Shown here in pieces: positions 11,500-22,909 of a stretch of DNA of 64,000 nucleotides. Both the position numbers and the translations under genes were made by a program. Origin of the DNA: Macrostomum lignano (lineage: Eukaryota); assembly GCA_002269645.1 (NCBI GenBank), contig NIVC01001593.1:50287-114286 (forward strand). Reading direction: 5' to 3'. The notes under the pieces are model-generated. The model did not search any database. It saw only the letters and a list, made by a program, of their open reading frames with translations, and was not told the DNA's origin. Position 1 is the stretch's first letter. Each line of letters opens with the position of its first letter.

Positions 11500-12891
11500 A
11501 TGGCTTCAACTAATACTAATTCAACGACCGCGGACGCGACAGCCGACGCCGCGGGCCCCGACAACTCAACGACAAGACCGGCCTACGACGAGATGATTCG
11601 CGCGGTGACCGAAGAGGTGCGCCGGCGACTGGAGCAGACCAGCCTGGGCCAGCCGCAACACCATCATCATGTGTACCAGCAGCCCCAGCAGCAGGATCGA
11701 GCTCCAGCGCCGAAACCGGTCAAGATTCAGCAGTATACGCAGAACCAGGAATTCGACGTCTGGATCCAGGCTCTGGAGGAGCGTTGCAAGCTCAACGGGA
11801 TCACAGACGACAAACGCAAGAAGGCGGAGGTCCTCGTGAATCTGGACATCGCCACCACCTATCCCGCAGTCGTCAGGATGGAGCTGCCAGATAATCTAAC
11901 GTTTGGTGAGTTCAAACAGCGATTGTCTGAACGTTTTACGCATGTGGCCGACACGCTGGAGTACCGGGAGCAGTTCCGAAGCTGCCAGCAAGGCAAGAAC
12001 GAGAGCGTTGACGACTATGGCGATCGACTAATTGCTCTGGCCGATAGAGCATTTCCGCATTTTACCCCGGTTCAGAAGCAGGCTGAACTGGTGGATCAGT
12101 TCACAGTGGGAGTGCGGATTGCTCAGTCGGCGAGAGAACAGCTAATCCTGGTGCGACCGCAGAATCTGACCGCAGCGAGACGGGCCGTGCTACGCTTGGA
12201 GACAGCAGCTAGCCTGGCTCAGCGAGTAGCACCGCCGCCAGCAGCGAGACATGTCCGGGTCCTCGAAGATGACAATGGTCAGACGCCCACTGTGGTGCAA
12301 CACGACAAGTCATCTCGGCCCGAGGAGAACTGGTTGCGTGAAGTGATGGAACAACAAGCCGAAACTCTGCAGGAGCAGCGACGCCTACTGGAGACATTGA
12401 GTAACGAGATGCGAGAATTCTACTCACGGGGATCGCGCGACAACGACACCCCGGAGCCATTGGAGCCTCGCCACCAGCCGCGGGACTCGTGGGGCCAACG
12501 CTCCAGATGTCTGGTACCCTCGACTCCTCGCCGCAGCGCTGACGGAAGCGCCCAATTTACGACACCCGGCACGCGAATGGTGCCACAGCAACCGTTCCAT
12601 CGACTTCAGCAACCACGAGACGGCAGCAACCCGCCGCCGAGAACGCCGCCAGCAGGAGGTCCACGTCAGCAGCAGCAGCAGCAGCAGCAGCAGCCGAGTT
12701 CAAGGCCGCCGCCTTACCAGTTGCGACGGCAGAATGCCATGTGTTACAGGTGCAATCGCGAGCATCGTGCCGATGAGTGCCCGCACCGGCGGTCGGCCAG
12801 CACCGCGTCCCAGCGCAACGGCAGCTCGGGAAACGGGACGGCTGGACGCGCCATCGGGGGCAGCGCCATCCAGCAGCCGCGCCAGCACTGA
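11500..12891 (+). CDS. gag: Gag (capsid-like region plus variant zinc knuckle)
   Basis: First ATG at 11500 in the long ORF; retrotransposon gag-like helical region; C-x2-C-x3-H-x4-C knuckle (CYRCNREHRADEC). Confidence 0.88.
   Translation: MASTNTNSTTADATADAAGPDNSTTRPAYDEMIRAVTEEVRRRLEQTSLGQPQHHHHVYQQPQQQDRAPAPKPVKIQQYTQNQEFDVWIQALEERCKLNGITDDKRKKAEVLVNLDIATTYPAVVRMELPDNLTFGEFKQRLSERFTHVADTLEYREQFRSCQQGKNESVDDYGDRLIALADRAFPHFTPVQKQAELVDQFTVGVRIAQSAREQLILVRPQNLTAARRAVLRLETAASLAQRVAPPPAARHVRVLEDDNGQTPTVVQHDKSSRPEENWLREVMEQQAETLQEQRRLLETLSNEMREFYSRGSRDNDTPEPLEPRHQPRDSWGQRSRCLVPSTPRRSADGSAQFTTPGTRMVPQQPFHRLQQPRDGSNPPPRTPPAGGPRQQQQQQQQQPSSRPPPYQLRRQNAMCYRCNREHRADECPHRRSASTASQRNGSSGNGTAGRAIGGSAIQQPRQH
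12828..12875 (+). promoter_or_regulatory. -1 programmed ribosomal frameshift signal (gag-pol)
   Basis: G GGA AAC heptamer in the gag phase (12828-12834), 6-nt spacer, then a GCTGGA...TCCAGC stem. The pol frame is -1 relative to gag and open across this site. Confidence 0.8.
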
Positions 12892-15800
12892 AGTCCCCGC
12901 CGAGGACTTTAGTCGCTCAGCAGGCCACTGCTGAGACAGCCTCCGCCGCACCTGTACAGAACTCTGCACCCAAGCGACCTCGGAGAGATCCGTTTTTAAC
13001 TGGTGAGATTCAAGGCCGCTATTTTGCTTTCTTGCTTGATACCGGGTCCAAGTGTGAAGTCCTAGGATTCAGCACCTGGCACCGCCTATGTACTGACGAC
13101 CCGACCCTGCGTGGCCAAATCAAGCCCTGCCTTCAGCGCATCGTGACCTACAATGGTGAGCCAATTCAGATGGCAGGAGAACTATCTATCAAAGTGAAGA
13201 TTGGTAATTTCGAGCCTACAGTCAAGTTTCTGCTAGCGAAAGGATCGCATGACAACATTCTGGGCTTCGAGTTCCTGGAGAAGTACAGCACATCACTGGA
13301 CCTCGCCGCCGGAATGCTGTTTTTCAAGGACGGCACAGCCGCACCGCTTCGCTACACGCGAACCGAAGCTACAACGTGCAGAATCTACACGGCCGAGAGC
13401 ACCACTGTGCCGCCGTTATCATCTGCCCGAATTAAAATCAAATTAGCCAAAGGACGAGAAGAAAACCAGGGTACACCCGCCGTGATCGAGCCGCTGAAAC
13501 CGGCTCGTCGCGAAGAAGATGTGCAGCACTTGGACGCCGCGCCTGCCCTGATTTCCATGGCTAATGGAGAAGGCGCTATCGAAATGATCAACCGTGGCAC
13601 TACAGCCATCAAAGTGCGAGCGAATGCCCTAGTCGGGATTGCTAGACCAAGCAGACTGCCCGAGCTACATTTCTTCCCGCTGCTGAAATCAGAAGACTCT
13701 GTCAATCAAATCCAAGACGAGGATCCCGATGCTTGGATTAAGGAGATCGATATCAGCGAGGATCTGTCCAGTGACCAGCGCGCTCAAGTCATCGAGCTAT
13801 TGAGAAAGTACCAGACCATCTTCTCGCAGGGGCCACACGATCTCGGCCGAACTCATCTGGTCACCCACAACATCGTACTGAAGGACAAAGATCCGGTGCA
13901 TCTCCCAACGCGAAGGATCCCGCCGCACCTGCTACCCAAGGTGGACCAGTTACTCGACGATCTGCTGGCCAAAGGCGTGATTCGACCGAGCTTCTCTAGC
14001 TACAACACCCCGCTGGTGATCATCCCGAAGAAGGACGGCAGCCTAAGAATTGTACAAGATTTCCGGAGTCTGAATCAAAAGTGCGAGTATTTTCCGTACC
14101 CGATTCCTAATATTCAAGAAGCATTCGCCAGCCTCGAAGGAAGCCAGCTATTTAGTACATTCGATTTGAATAGCGGCTACTATCAGATCCCTCTGCGTCC
14201 GGAAGATCAAGACCTGACTGCCTTCGCCACGCTGCACCGCGGACAGTTCGCCTACAATGTTATGCCAATGGGATTAAGTTCAGCCCAGCCAGCTTCATGC
14301 GCCTCATGAACGCTGTGCTCAACGGGATTGCCTACAAAAGTGCTATTGCCTACCTGGATGACGTATCGTCTATTCTAAGAAATTTAACGACCACCTACGG
14401 CATATGGAAGAAGTATTTAAGAGAGTCCAAGAAGCTAATCTAAAGTTCAAAGGCAAGAAGTGCCATTTATTTCGGGCAAGCCTCAACTACCTGGGACACG
14501 TAGTAACCAAAGATGGAATCAAGACCGACCCGGCGAAAATCGAAGCTATTCAAACCTGGCCAAGACCAAGAACAGCCCGACAGCTTAAGAGTTTTGTCTG
14601 CACGTGCGCTTACTATGCTAAATTCGTACCTGGCTACGCAGAACTTGCAGCTCCGCTCCACGACCTAATCAAGGAAAAGAAGATTAGAAATTTCAATTGT
14701 CTATGGGGAAAAGCCCAGCAAGACGCGTTCGATCAGCTCAAAGCAGCCATGACTTCGACATCAGTGCTCGCGTATCCGCAGTTCAGCGAGGATCCGGAAG
14801 TAATGTTTATCCTGGACACGGATGCTTCTGCGACCAGAATCGGAGCCTGCCTGAGCCAACGCCAAGCTGATGGAGTAGAGCGACCAATAGGCTATTTCTC
14901 CCGGCGACTCAAACCGGCCGAAGCCCGTTATCCGATTACGAAACAGGAACTCTTGGCAGTCGTAGATGGAATGCGACACTTCAGATTCTACCTGCTGGCC
15001 AAGAAGTTCATCTGCCGAACCGATCATGCCGCATTAACCTGGATCCTGAGGCGAACTCAGCAAGAAGGAATCTTTGGACGATGGCTACAGCGCCTCAGCG
15101 AATTCGAGTTCGAGATCCAGCATCGAAAATCAAGTCAGCACCAAAACGCCGACGGCCTCTCAAGACGGCCTGAGGACGACGCTGAATGTTTGGAGGAGGC
15201 TCAGCGAGAGGCCGCCGTCGAGGACCAAAGTAAGCAGCCAGCCGCGATAACTGGCGCAGCGGCGCCGAAGGTCCACGACAGCAGCCACCCTAGTCCTCCA
15301 CCGAGCAAGAAGCGACCGACCCGCCGTCACCGACGAAAGCCGCCGACGAAATCAACTGGGTCCAACGACGAGACTACGCCGCCCGCAACACCGACAGCCG
15401 ACAGCAAACCGCGGACAGAGCTGCATCCGCCGGCGACAAAGTCGAGGCCATCTGCCAGTCGTTATTGGGACTCACAGAGGTCGCCCACCAGTTTTAGCAG
15501 CCCGACATGTTGCCCGTCAAGGGGCCGCCGGCTACTAGCTGAAGGCGACGAGGATAGCGACCACAGCGCAGCCAGCGAAGACCGCTGCCAACCCGCTCGC
15601 CGTCCTGTGTTCAAGAAGGTGAGATTCAGCCTTGATACCGACAGTTCCGCTGACTCACTCTCATCTGCTGACGAATCTAATGCTGACGAAGCCGACGCTG
15701 ACATGACCGATGAGGATCGGCCCTCAAATTCTTCATCGACCCGGCAACCGGCCAGAGTAGCGATTATGCGGAGGGAGCTCCAGACCCCGAACCATGCCGC

Positions 15801-17411
15801 CATAGCCGAAGCCGCGCCGACTAATTCGACTAACAGACGCCAAACTTTGAACTTAACTGATCACATCCCGAGACCAGTCACACGTGAGGAGCTCCAGACC
15901 CATCAGCGTGCTGACTCCGCCATCGCGATGATGATCAACTTAATTGAAAGTCGACAACCGAAGCCGCCGCTGAATCAGCGATTAAATCTAACAAGAGATG
16001 AGCGAAATCTCTTAGCATTCTATGAGCAATTGGAAGTCCGAGACGACGGACTATTAGTCATCCATCTCGACGATGTTGGCGAGGAGGACAATGCGAGGAT
16101 CGTCCTGCCGAAGAGTCTCGACGCCACAGTGTTTGCCGACCTGCATGGTTCGCCCTACTGCGGACACATGGGCCGAGATCTCACCATCGCAAAGGTGCGC
16201 GAGAGGTTCTGGCGACCGGCCCTGGCCAAGGCCGTGTCCGACTATGTCGCTTCCTGCCAGACCTGCACTCAGAGTAAAGGACGGCGACGCATCCCGGCGC
16301 ATGTACAATCATTTCCGGTCTGCGAAATCTATGGGCGATGTGCGATCGACATCATGGGCCCCACTGGAGACCCGACAGACCGAGGCAACAAGTACATCCT
16401 CACCTACGTCGACACGACGTCAAAGTACCCCTTCGCCTTCGCCATGAAGAATCAGCGCGCCAAGACGATAATAACTCTCCTGCAAGAGCAAGTCTTCCCG
16501 ATCACCGGAATCCCCGCGTGGATCCATTCGGACCAAGGCAAACAGTTCACAGGGCACGAGTTTCGACATTTCTGCGAAGTCTATGGCATCCGGCAGACAA
16601 CGACGCCGCCATACTCGCCCTGGGCAAACGGTCAAGCTGAATCGTGCAACAAGAACATCAAAAAGTGCTCACTTGTCTCCTCGAAGATCATCAACAGTGG
16701 GACAAGATGCTGCCAGCCGCTCTGACAGCTCTAAGATCAGCCGTCAATCGTACGACGGGATTCTCGCCGCATTACGTCATCTACGGAGTGCCCTACCGGT
16801 ATCCGATCGATAACACCCTAGATCGCCTGGACGTATCGCCGGACCTCCCCGAGTACATCGCAAAGCATCAGCGTAGACTGGCCGAGACTGAAAGGATTGT
16901 GCGACAGCGATTGCGAGCTGAGATCCAACGCCGTGAAGAGTACTACGAAAATCGACCCAAGCCCGTGGAACTGCAGCCTGGAGACCTGGTCTGCTTAGCC
17001 AACCCGAAGCTCGAGTCGGGCGAGCTGCCGAAGTTTCACCGGCCGTACAAAAGCATGTACAAGGTCAACAGAAAGGTCGGCGAAGTAGCCTACTGGATCC
17101 AGCCGGCAACAGCCCGACGTGGACGCCCAGCTGAAATGCTAGTTCATCGCAATAACATCATCAAGGTGCCGCAGATGATGGCAGATCGACCGCAGGAGCC
17201 GCCGCGCCAGACAGAGCGGCCAATGCTGCCCTTCGAGTCGAGTGACGAAAGCGAAGTCGACCCAGCCGATCAGCCCGCTCCAGAACAGCCAGCCGCTGCT
17301 CAGCCTGACCTGCGCGGCAGCCAATTGTTCGAGCCGAGCCTCCGCCATCCGGAACTGCTGTCTGAAGGCGACCCGGATCTGCCTGACATCGGTATGGAGC
17401 TCGAAATCTGA
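12828..17411 (+). CDS. pol: Pol (protease-RT-RNase H-integrase), interrupted by three apparent 1-nt deletions
   Basis: LLDTGS at 13038; RT motifs RIVQDFRSLN, MPMGL and YLDD (14351-14362); RNase H LDTDAS...KQELLAV...TDHAAL; integrase HHCC, IDIMG/HSDQG/QAES and a GPY/F-like region. Frame breaks near 14285, 14364 and 16662. Confidence 0.92.
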
Positions 17412-17595
17412 AAAGGTAATTACTAATGAGTTTTCTGTTGCGCCAAGTTGCTAACTTCTGATGCGCATTACTATTAGTAGTTGTATTTGCGAACGCGTTC
17501 CAATTCTCATTTTGCTGTAAGCTTTCTCTGCACCTGCACTGTGCTGAAAGCCGATTTTAGTTTTCCATTTAAGTTTGCCGTTTCGTCATTTTTTT

Positions 17596-18220
17596 CCCTT
17601 ATGCTTTCCGGATAAAAGCAGGCGTCGTTTCAATGTAATTTTCCTTATGCTTCAGGGTTAAAAGCAGTGTCATTTCCCTTATGCTTTCCGGATAAAAGCA
17701 GGCGTCGTTTCAATGTAATTTTCCTTATGCTTCAGGGTTAAAAGCAGTGTCATTTCCCTTATGCTTTCCGGATAAAAGCAGGCGTCGTTTCAATGTAATT
17801 TTCCTTATGCTTCAGGGTTAAAAGCAGTGTCATTTTCCTTATGCTTTCCAGATAAAAGCAGGCGTCAATTTTATTTCAATGTAATTTTCCTTATGCTTCA
17901 GGGTTAAAAGCAGTTGTCATTTTCCTTATGCTTGAGGGATAAAAGCAACAAATTTTCTCATTCTGCTGTTCAATTCTGTTTTCCTTATGCTTTCCGGCTA
18001 AAAGCAGCGTTCTGAACCTCTCAGTTCTCATGTACAGTGAATTTTCCCATCTAACCAATGCTATCGATATTTATTCAACGCGTCAATATTTATTCAATGC
18101 GATACAGTACTTTGCGTTTCATCTGTTTTTGCAAATCCCCGTTTGCTGTAAGCTTCTTCGCACACGGCCGAAGTGCAGAAGCGCCCTCCTTTTCCTTATG
18201 CTTTCAGGAGAAAAGCAGCG
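17596..18220 (+). repeat. Array of ~11 short inverted-repeat motifs CCTTA-TGCTT(T)-N7-9-(A)AAGCA, partly arranged as an 80-bp tandem unit
   Basis: ATGCTTTCC recurs at 17601, 17681, 17761 and 17841. Each 80-bp unit holds two hairpin subunits; dispersed copies occur near 17983 and 18194. Confidence 0.85.
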
Positions 18221-18988
18221 AATTTGTACACCTTATAGTTCGATTAAAGCTGTAGGTAATTTTTAATTTTCTTTCTAAGTTTGCCAGCCCACTGTCTAAG
18301 GGCCAAACTGTCTTTTGCCGCTCAGGTCAAGCGCCCCTGTTCTAGGCCTCGACCCCCCGCTCTTTGTTCGATTTTGTTTCGAGCCTGGGAACATTGTGAG
18401 GGCCGCTAATTTTGGCTCCCCCCCTCTCCCAGTGCCAGTAGTATTCCCTGCCTTGTAACTCCTTATGAAGTCTCTGCATGCCATATCGGTAGCTAACCTA
18501 CTTTATTATAACATTATTATTAGTATGGAACCCGCCTTTGCTCCTTTACTAATTTATTTGTTGTTTGTGTGCTAACCAGCCTTTTCTTAACCGCCCCATT
18601 TGATGTGAGCCGTTTAAGGCGCCCTTTCATTCTAAGTTAGACCCCCCCCTTTGCCGCGGTTTGCTATCTGTTTTATTACTCCTCTAGTGGTCACCCACCC
18701 CTCCTCCGTGCGCGTTCACCATAGAGTACACGCGGAGTGATGACTGGTGCCCTGTTCCAGCGTGTGAATCTCCTTTATTCACCGCTTGGGCAGTTTTCCG
18801 AGTATATATGGCAGTCAAGTGGCTCTGTTTGTCGCATATTGTAAACTTCCTTGCAATCCTTTGTAATTAAACTAATCGGCGATTTTTTATTCCTTTTCAA
18901 CTGCGACCCCACTGAGCTATCTTGTAAATATTTTGTGTATATATATCTCTATTTATTTTGTTTGCCCCTCGTGCTAATCCCGACGGAC

Positions 18989-19741
18989 ATGGACCATCTG
19001 CACGACGACCCAATGATGGGAATCAACCAAGAAGACTTCGAACCGGCGTTTTGCGAGATGTTGGAAAACGCTAATAATTTGCCGGGATTGAATCCGCCCG
19101 CGCCAGATCCAAGTCCGGAGGTCGACCTCATCGACCACTGGTTAAATCCTTTTTTAGAAGCCGTCGACGCGGTCGCCGTGAATGAAGACGTGGTTCATGA
19201 AGCTGTACGCCTGCTCGAGGAGTGGGCCGACACGCCCCCGTCTTCGCCGGCCAACGGGGAGGTCCCGGCCCCAACTCCGGAGCTGCGACCGGCCCACCAG
19301 CTCGCCGAGCTCCTCTTTTGGGAAACCATTAGTGGGCCCGGGCCGTTGTTCCTGAACGACTGCCTTACCTGGAGTCAGCTGGCCCGGCAACACTCCCGGC
19401 GCGATGCCACCACGGCCATCGAGACCACTATGGCCCTTCTAGGCGATCGCCTACGCCTAGAGACGACTGGCCAACAACTTGGGCCCTGTGCCACGCTGAC
19501 TAATCTTCTGGTCAACCAAGGCCAATGCCACCGGATACCGGCTATGTTAGATCAACTATGCCGGGACGCGCGCCTCGCCAGCTCCGCGCCAGCCTCCCGC
19601 CCGCCGAGGGCCACCACCAATGCTCAGCCTGACCCACCAGCCCAGCCCAACGGAGCCGAACGTGCAACTCGCTCAGCCAATCGCGGAGGCCGCATTTCCG
19701 CCGCCCGAGGCCGCTACAGCTACAACGGCGGCAGCCGTTGA
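18989..19741 (+). CDS. Extra retrotransposon ORF3 (~250 aa), not env-like
   Basis: ATG at 18989; 753-nt GC-rich ORF ending 32 nt before the 3' LTR. Acidic N-terminal half and Arg/Gly-rich C-terminus; no signal peptide or TM helix visible. Confidence 0.7.
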   Translation: MDHLHDDPMMGINQEDFEPAFCEMLENANNLPGLNPPAPDPSPEVDLIDHWLNPFLEAVDAVAVNEDVVHEAVRLLEEWADTPPSSPANGEVPAPTPELRPAHQLAELLFWETISGPGPLFLNDCLTWSQLARQHSRRDATTAIETTMALLGDRLRLETTGQQLGPCATLTNLLVNQGQCHRIPAMLDQLCRDARLASSAPASRPPRATTNAQPDPPAQPNGAERATRSANRGGRISAARGRYSYNGGSR

Positions 19742-19773
19742 ATTGTTCGACATGTCCCCAGCCGCCCCGTGCA

Positions 19774-20828
19774 TGTGGCAGGCGGATGCCACTATTGATT
19801 TTTAGTGAATGGGACCCGTGACGGTGACTAATTTTGACTGTCCGCGTGATGCTTCGTTTCTGTTTTTTTCCTTAGCGTGGTTCGAGTCCAACCTTTCCCC
19901 GAGTTGGACTTCGTCCATCGGGTTTGTCCACCGTTTAATCCACGCAGTGTTCATGCATGCCCTCATACTGGAGGTTTGTTAAAATGCGCTCATTACGGTA
20001 ACTTTTGCGAAAATCCATGTTGTGAATGGTGCGTGCCCATCACCTAGCCCAGCCGTTGCTCCATTGTGAGAACCATTTCTACGGTCTATTTAAACCCCTT
20101 ATCTTTTGGTGTAATTGCTCTCTCTCTCCCTCTCTCTCCCGCTCCCTTTCTCTTCCTCTTCTGTGCCCGCGTTTTTTTTCCTTTCTGTTTGTACTTAATA
20201 TTCAGCGCACCCAGTTGTATTAAATCCCGATCGCATTCAGCACCAAGGTACCGCCTGCGAACATCATCCTCGTCGATAATAATAATATTATTTACTTTCG
20301 CCTGCTTACAGTTAATAATAATAACGTTAACCATTAACCATACATTAATCTATATTTATCCGTTGACATTAAGCCATAGCATTTTATTGAATCATTTGCC
20401 TGTGGGGCATAAAATAACCAAGTCCTCATCTCAAAGATAGCTCTGGGACTTATCCGTTCCGTAATACGTAAATTACGGTGGTGGCAGCAACTACCCTACT
20501 GAAAGTAGCAAACTCAGCTATTCGACGCATTATTTTACGGAGTCAGGAATCTCCAATTACAGTGTTTCATCGATTTGAACGACCTCGCCGCTACACAACC
20601 GCTCCGCTACGATTACGACTACCCTCCCCCGGACTTGAGAACCCGGCAGCCGGAGTAAAAGGAGAAAGATTTTCCTGTTGAGATTCGTCTGCGCGATTTT
20701 CCCAGTTTTATTCGTGCGAACTCAACATTTGGCGGAAATTCAAACGAGGAATCCACCCCAGCTCACTGGTGTCAGCAAATTTTCAAAACCGCCCAATTTC
20801 CAAGAAAATCTCCTCCACCCCCGCCTCA
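19774..20828 (+). repeat. 3' LTR (1055 bp)
   Basis: Homologous to 10373-11428 and followed by the AACCC TSD. Confidence 0.96.
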
Positions 20829-22909
20829 AACCCATTCAATATTAACAACATGGCTGCCATGCAAGTTTCATTGACACGGCCACTGAGTCTATAAGTTTCT
20901 GCATTATAGACACAGTTGCCATGTCTTTAAGTGTGGCATTTTAACAAAGTAGCCTAAATTGCCATCAGGTAGGCCCTAGTAAAAACATTTTTATTACCAG
21001 TTTAGAAATTAATAAAAATATATATAGCCTGATGTCTTCAAAATAAAAAAACCTTAAAAAAATTTGTGAAAATATTACAATAGGCTTACTAAGAAAAGGC
21101 TTTTTGTCTATTTAATTAACAAATTGGTAGCAGATTAATAAACTAGAAATGAGAAATAATAGGCCTAAACATACTGGGCCTAATTCAAATAAATACCTAG
21201 GCCTCTCTACTAGGCCTATAGTCATAGAGGGGCTACAAAATGACAAAAAATGATCTAATTGAATAATATATAGGCCTAAAGCAAGTTTTATAAAATTTTA
21301 AATCCTTTGAACATGAAAAATTTCAAGTTATGAATAAATCACAAAGTCAAATGTCTTGGTAAAATGGTATTTTCAAAAAATTTTCTTTTTCATATTTTAG
21401 TTAAAGAAAATACTTTTTATGCTGCATTCTTATATTTTCACATCAAGTTTATAATGGTTGAAAACATTGATTGTTATAGGATAGTTCTGATAAAAGTCAT
21501 TCAAGACATTTTATGCCATTGGCATTGTCATGTCATTTTTAGAAACTGGAAGCATCACCATCAGTTTTAATAATAGAAACAAGAAAATTTAGACCCATCC
21601 TCTACTGCAAAGCTGTTAAACTTCCCATTCGAAGCTGCAGTTATCTGAAAGTGAAAGTGTAAAGTTAATGATTATAAAAAATTATTGAAAATATCAAAAT
21701 GATACATGGTACACACCGTACATGTTCAATATCCTAGCTTTTAAGTTTTAACATACTCATAGATATCACACGGTCTAGATCAACAGATCGGTAAAAATGG
21801 ATCGACCAAAATAACTTTGGCATTGCATCAGAGTAACACCTTTTAAAGAAAGCATGTCTGAAAATTTTCAGAAACTAAAAATACAACTTTACATCTTTAC
21901 TTGAGTTCTTAAAATTTTTGTAAAATTACTACAGTGTTACTAACAAACGGAGTAATCTTATTCTTATGTTATATTTAGCCTACTAAGATGTCCATCTGGC
22001 TCTCCATCTCCTCCATAAGATGGCTCTCCATCTGCAGTCTCAAGTATACGAGGGAAGGGACTTCTTAAACAAACAAACTTTACAAGATTTTGCAAAAAAA
22101 TATTCTAAATTTAAAAGCACTGTAAGTAAAAAATTAACGCATCTAATAACACCCAATAATAATTAAGAACCTTAAAAAGTATTATAAAATTTAATTATAC
22201 ACTAATTCCTTGCCGCATCACATATGCTGCTTGAAATTATTTGTTTTAGCATAGCCAAAGCGTTTTTTTCGAATAAATTAACTCCGTAAATGTCTGCATG
22301 TCTTCATGTGGACAACATAATAAAATATTGGTTATCGGGAGCACGAGAATCGCTCACAGATGAATTTCCCACCGAGATTTTCCCGTCGAGATTTGCCCGC
22401 ATGCAGTGCGTGTATATTTTGCCCGTGAGTGAAAATTGCCCGACGAGCGACCGCCGAGAACTGCTCTCCGAAAATTTCCCACACTGCAATTTGCCCGCGA
22501 GTGAACTACCCGCGAACGAATTTCCTGCAGATTTTTCCCGCCGAGGTTTGCCCCACAATGCTTTTTTCCAACAGCGCATTTTGCTACATTTTCATCCCCA
22601 TTTTGTGCATTTTCTATACGCATGTAGGGGGTTACATCGGTGAGCTGTTATAATTCATGCATATGCATTATCTCCTAAATCTCTTTATTAAGACTGCTTA
22701 TAAATCTCCTGTATAATACCCCTGTAATTTTATTACCCCTGTATCTCTCCTTAGCGTAAGCATTGGGGGCAAAACGCGTCGCAAAAGCATGCACTGCGTC
22801 GGAAGCTCGGCGGGCAATGCGGGCAATTCTGCTGGCAATTCTCATGGACCCTGCTTATCATCCCTGGCTGAGCGATCCAAGGACCACTGTAGAGGTATAA
22901 ACTGTACGT

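Larger units (their letters stand above)
10373..20828 (+). mobile_element. Full-length Ty3/gypsy LTR retrotransposon (10,456 bp)
   Basis: TG...CA LTRs at both ends; AACCC target-site duplication (10368-10372 and 20829-20833); domain order gag-PR-RT-RH-INT. Confidence 0.97.

Noticed and set aside
18851-19741. Calling ORF3 an envelope gene
   Set aside because: No signal peptide, furin-type cleavage site followed by a fusion peptide, or transmembrane anchor is visible. The hydrophobic stretch in the track lies upstream of the first ATG.
22338-22850. MITE with GGG-starting terminal inverted repeats
   Set aside because: The inverted similarity is weak and no TSD was found; there are only internal TTTCCC/TTGCCC motif repeats.
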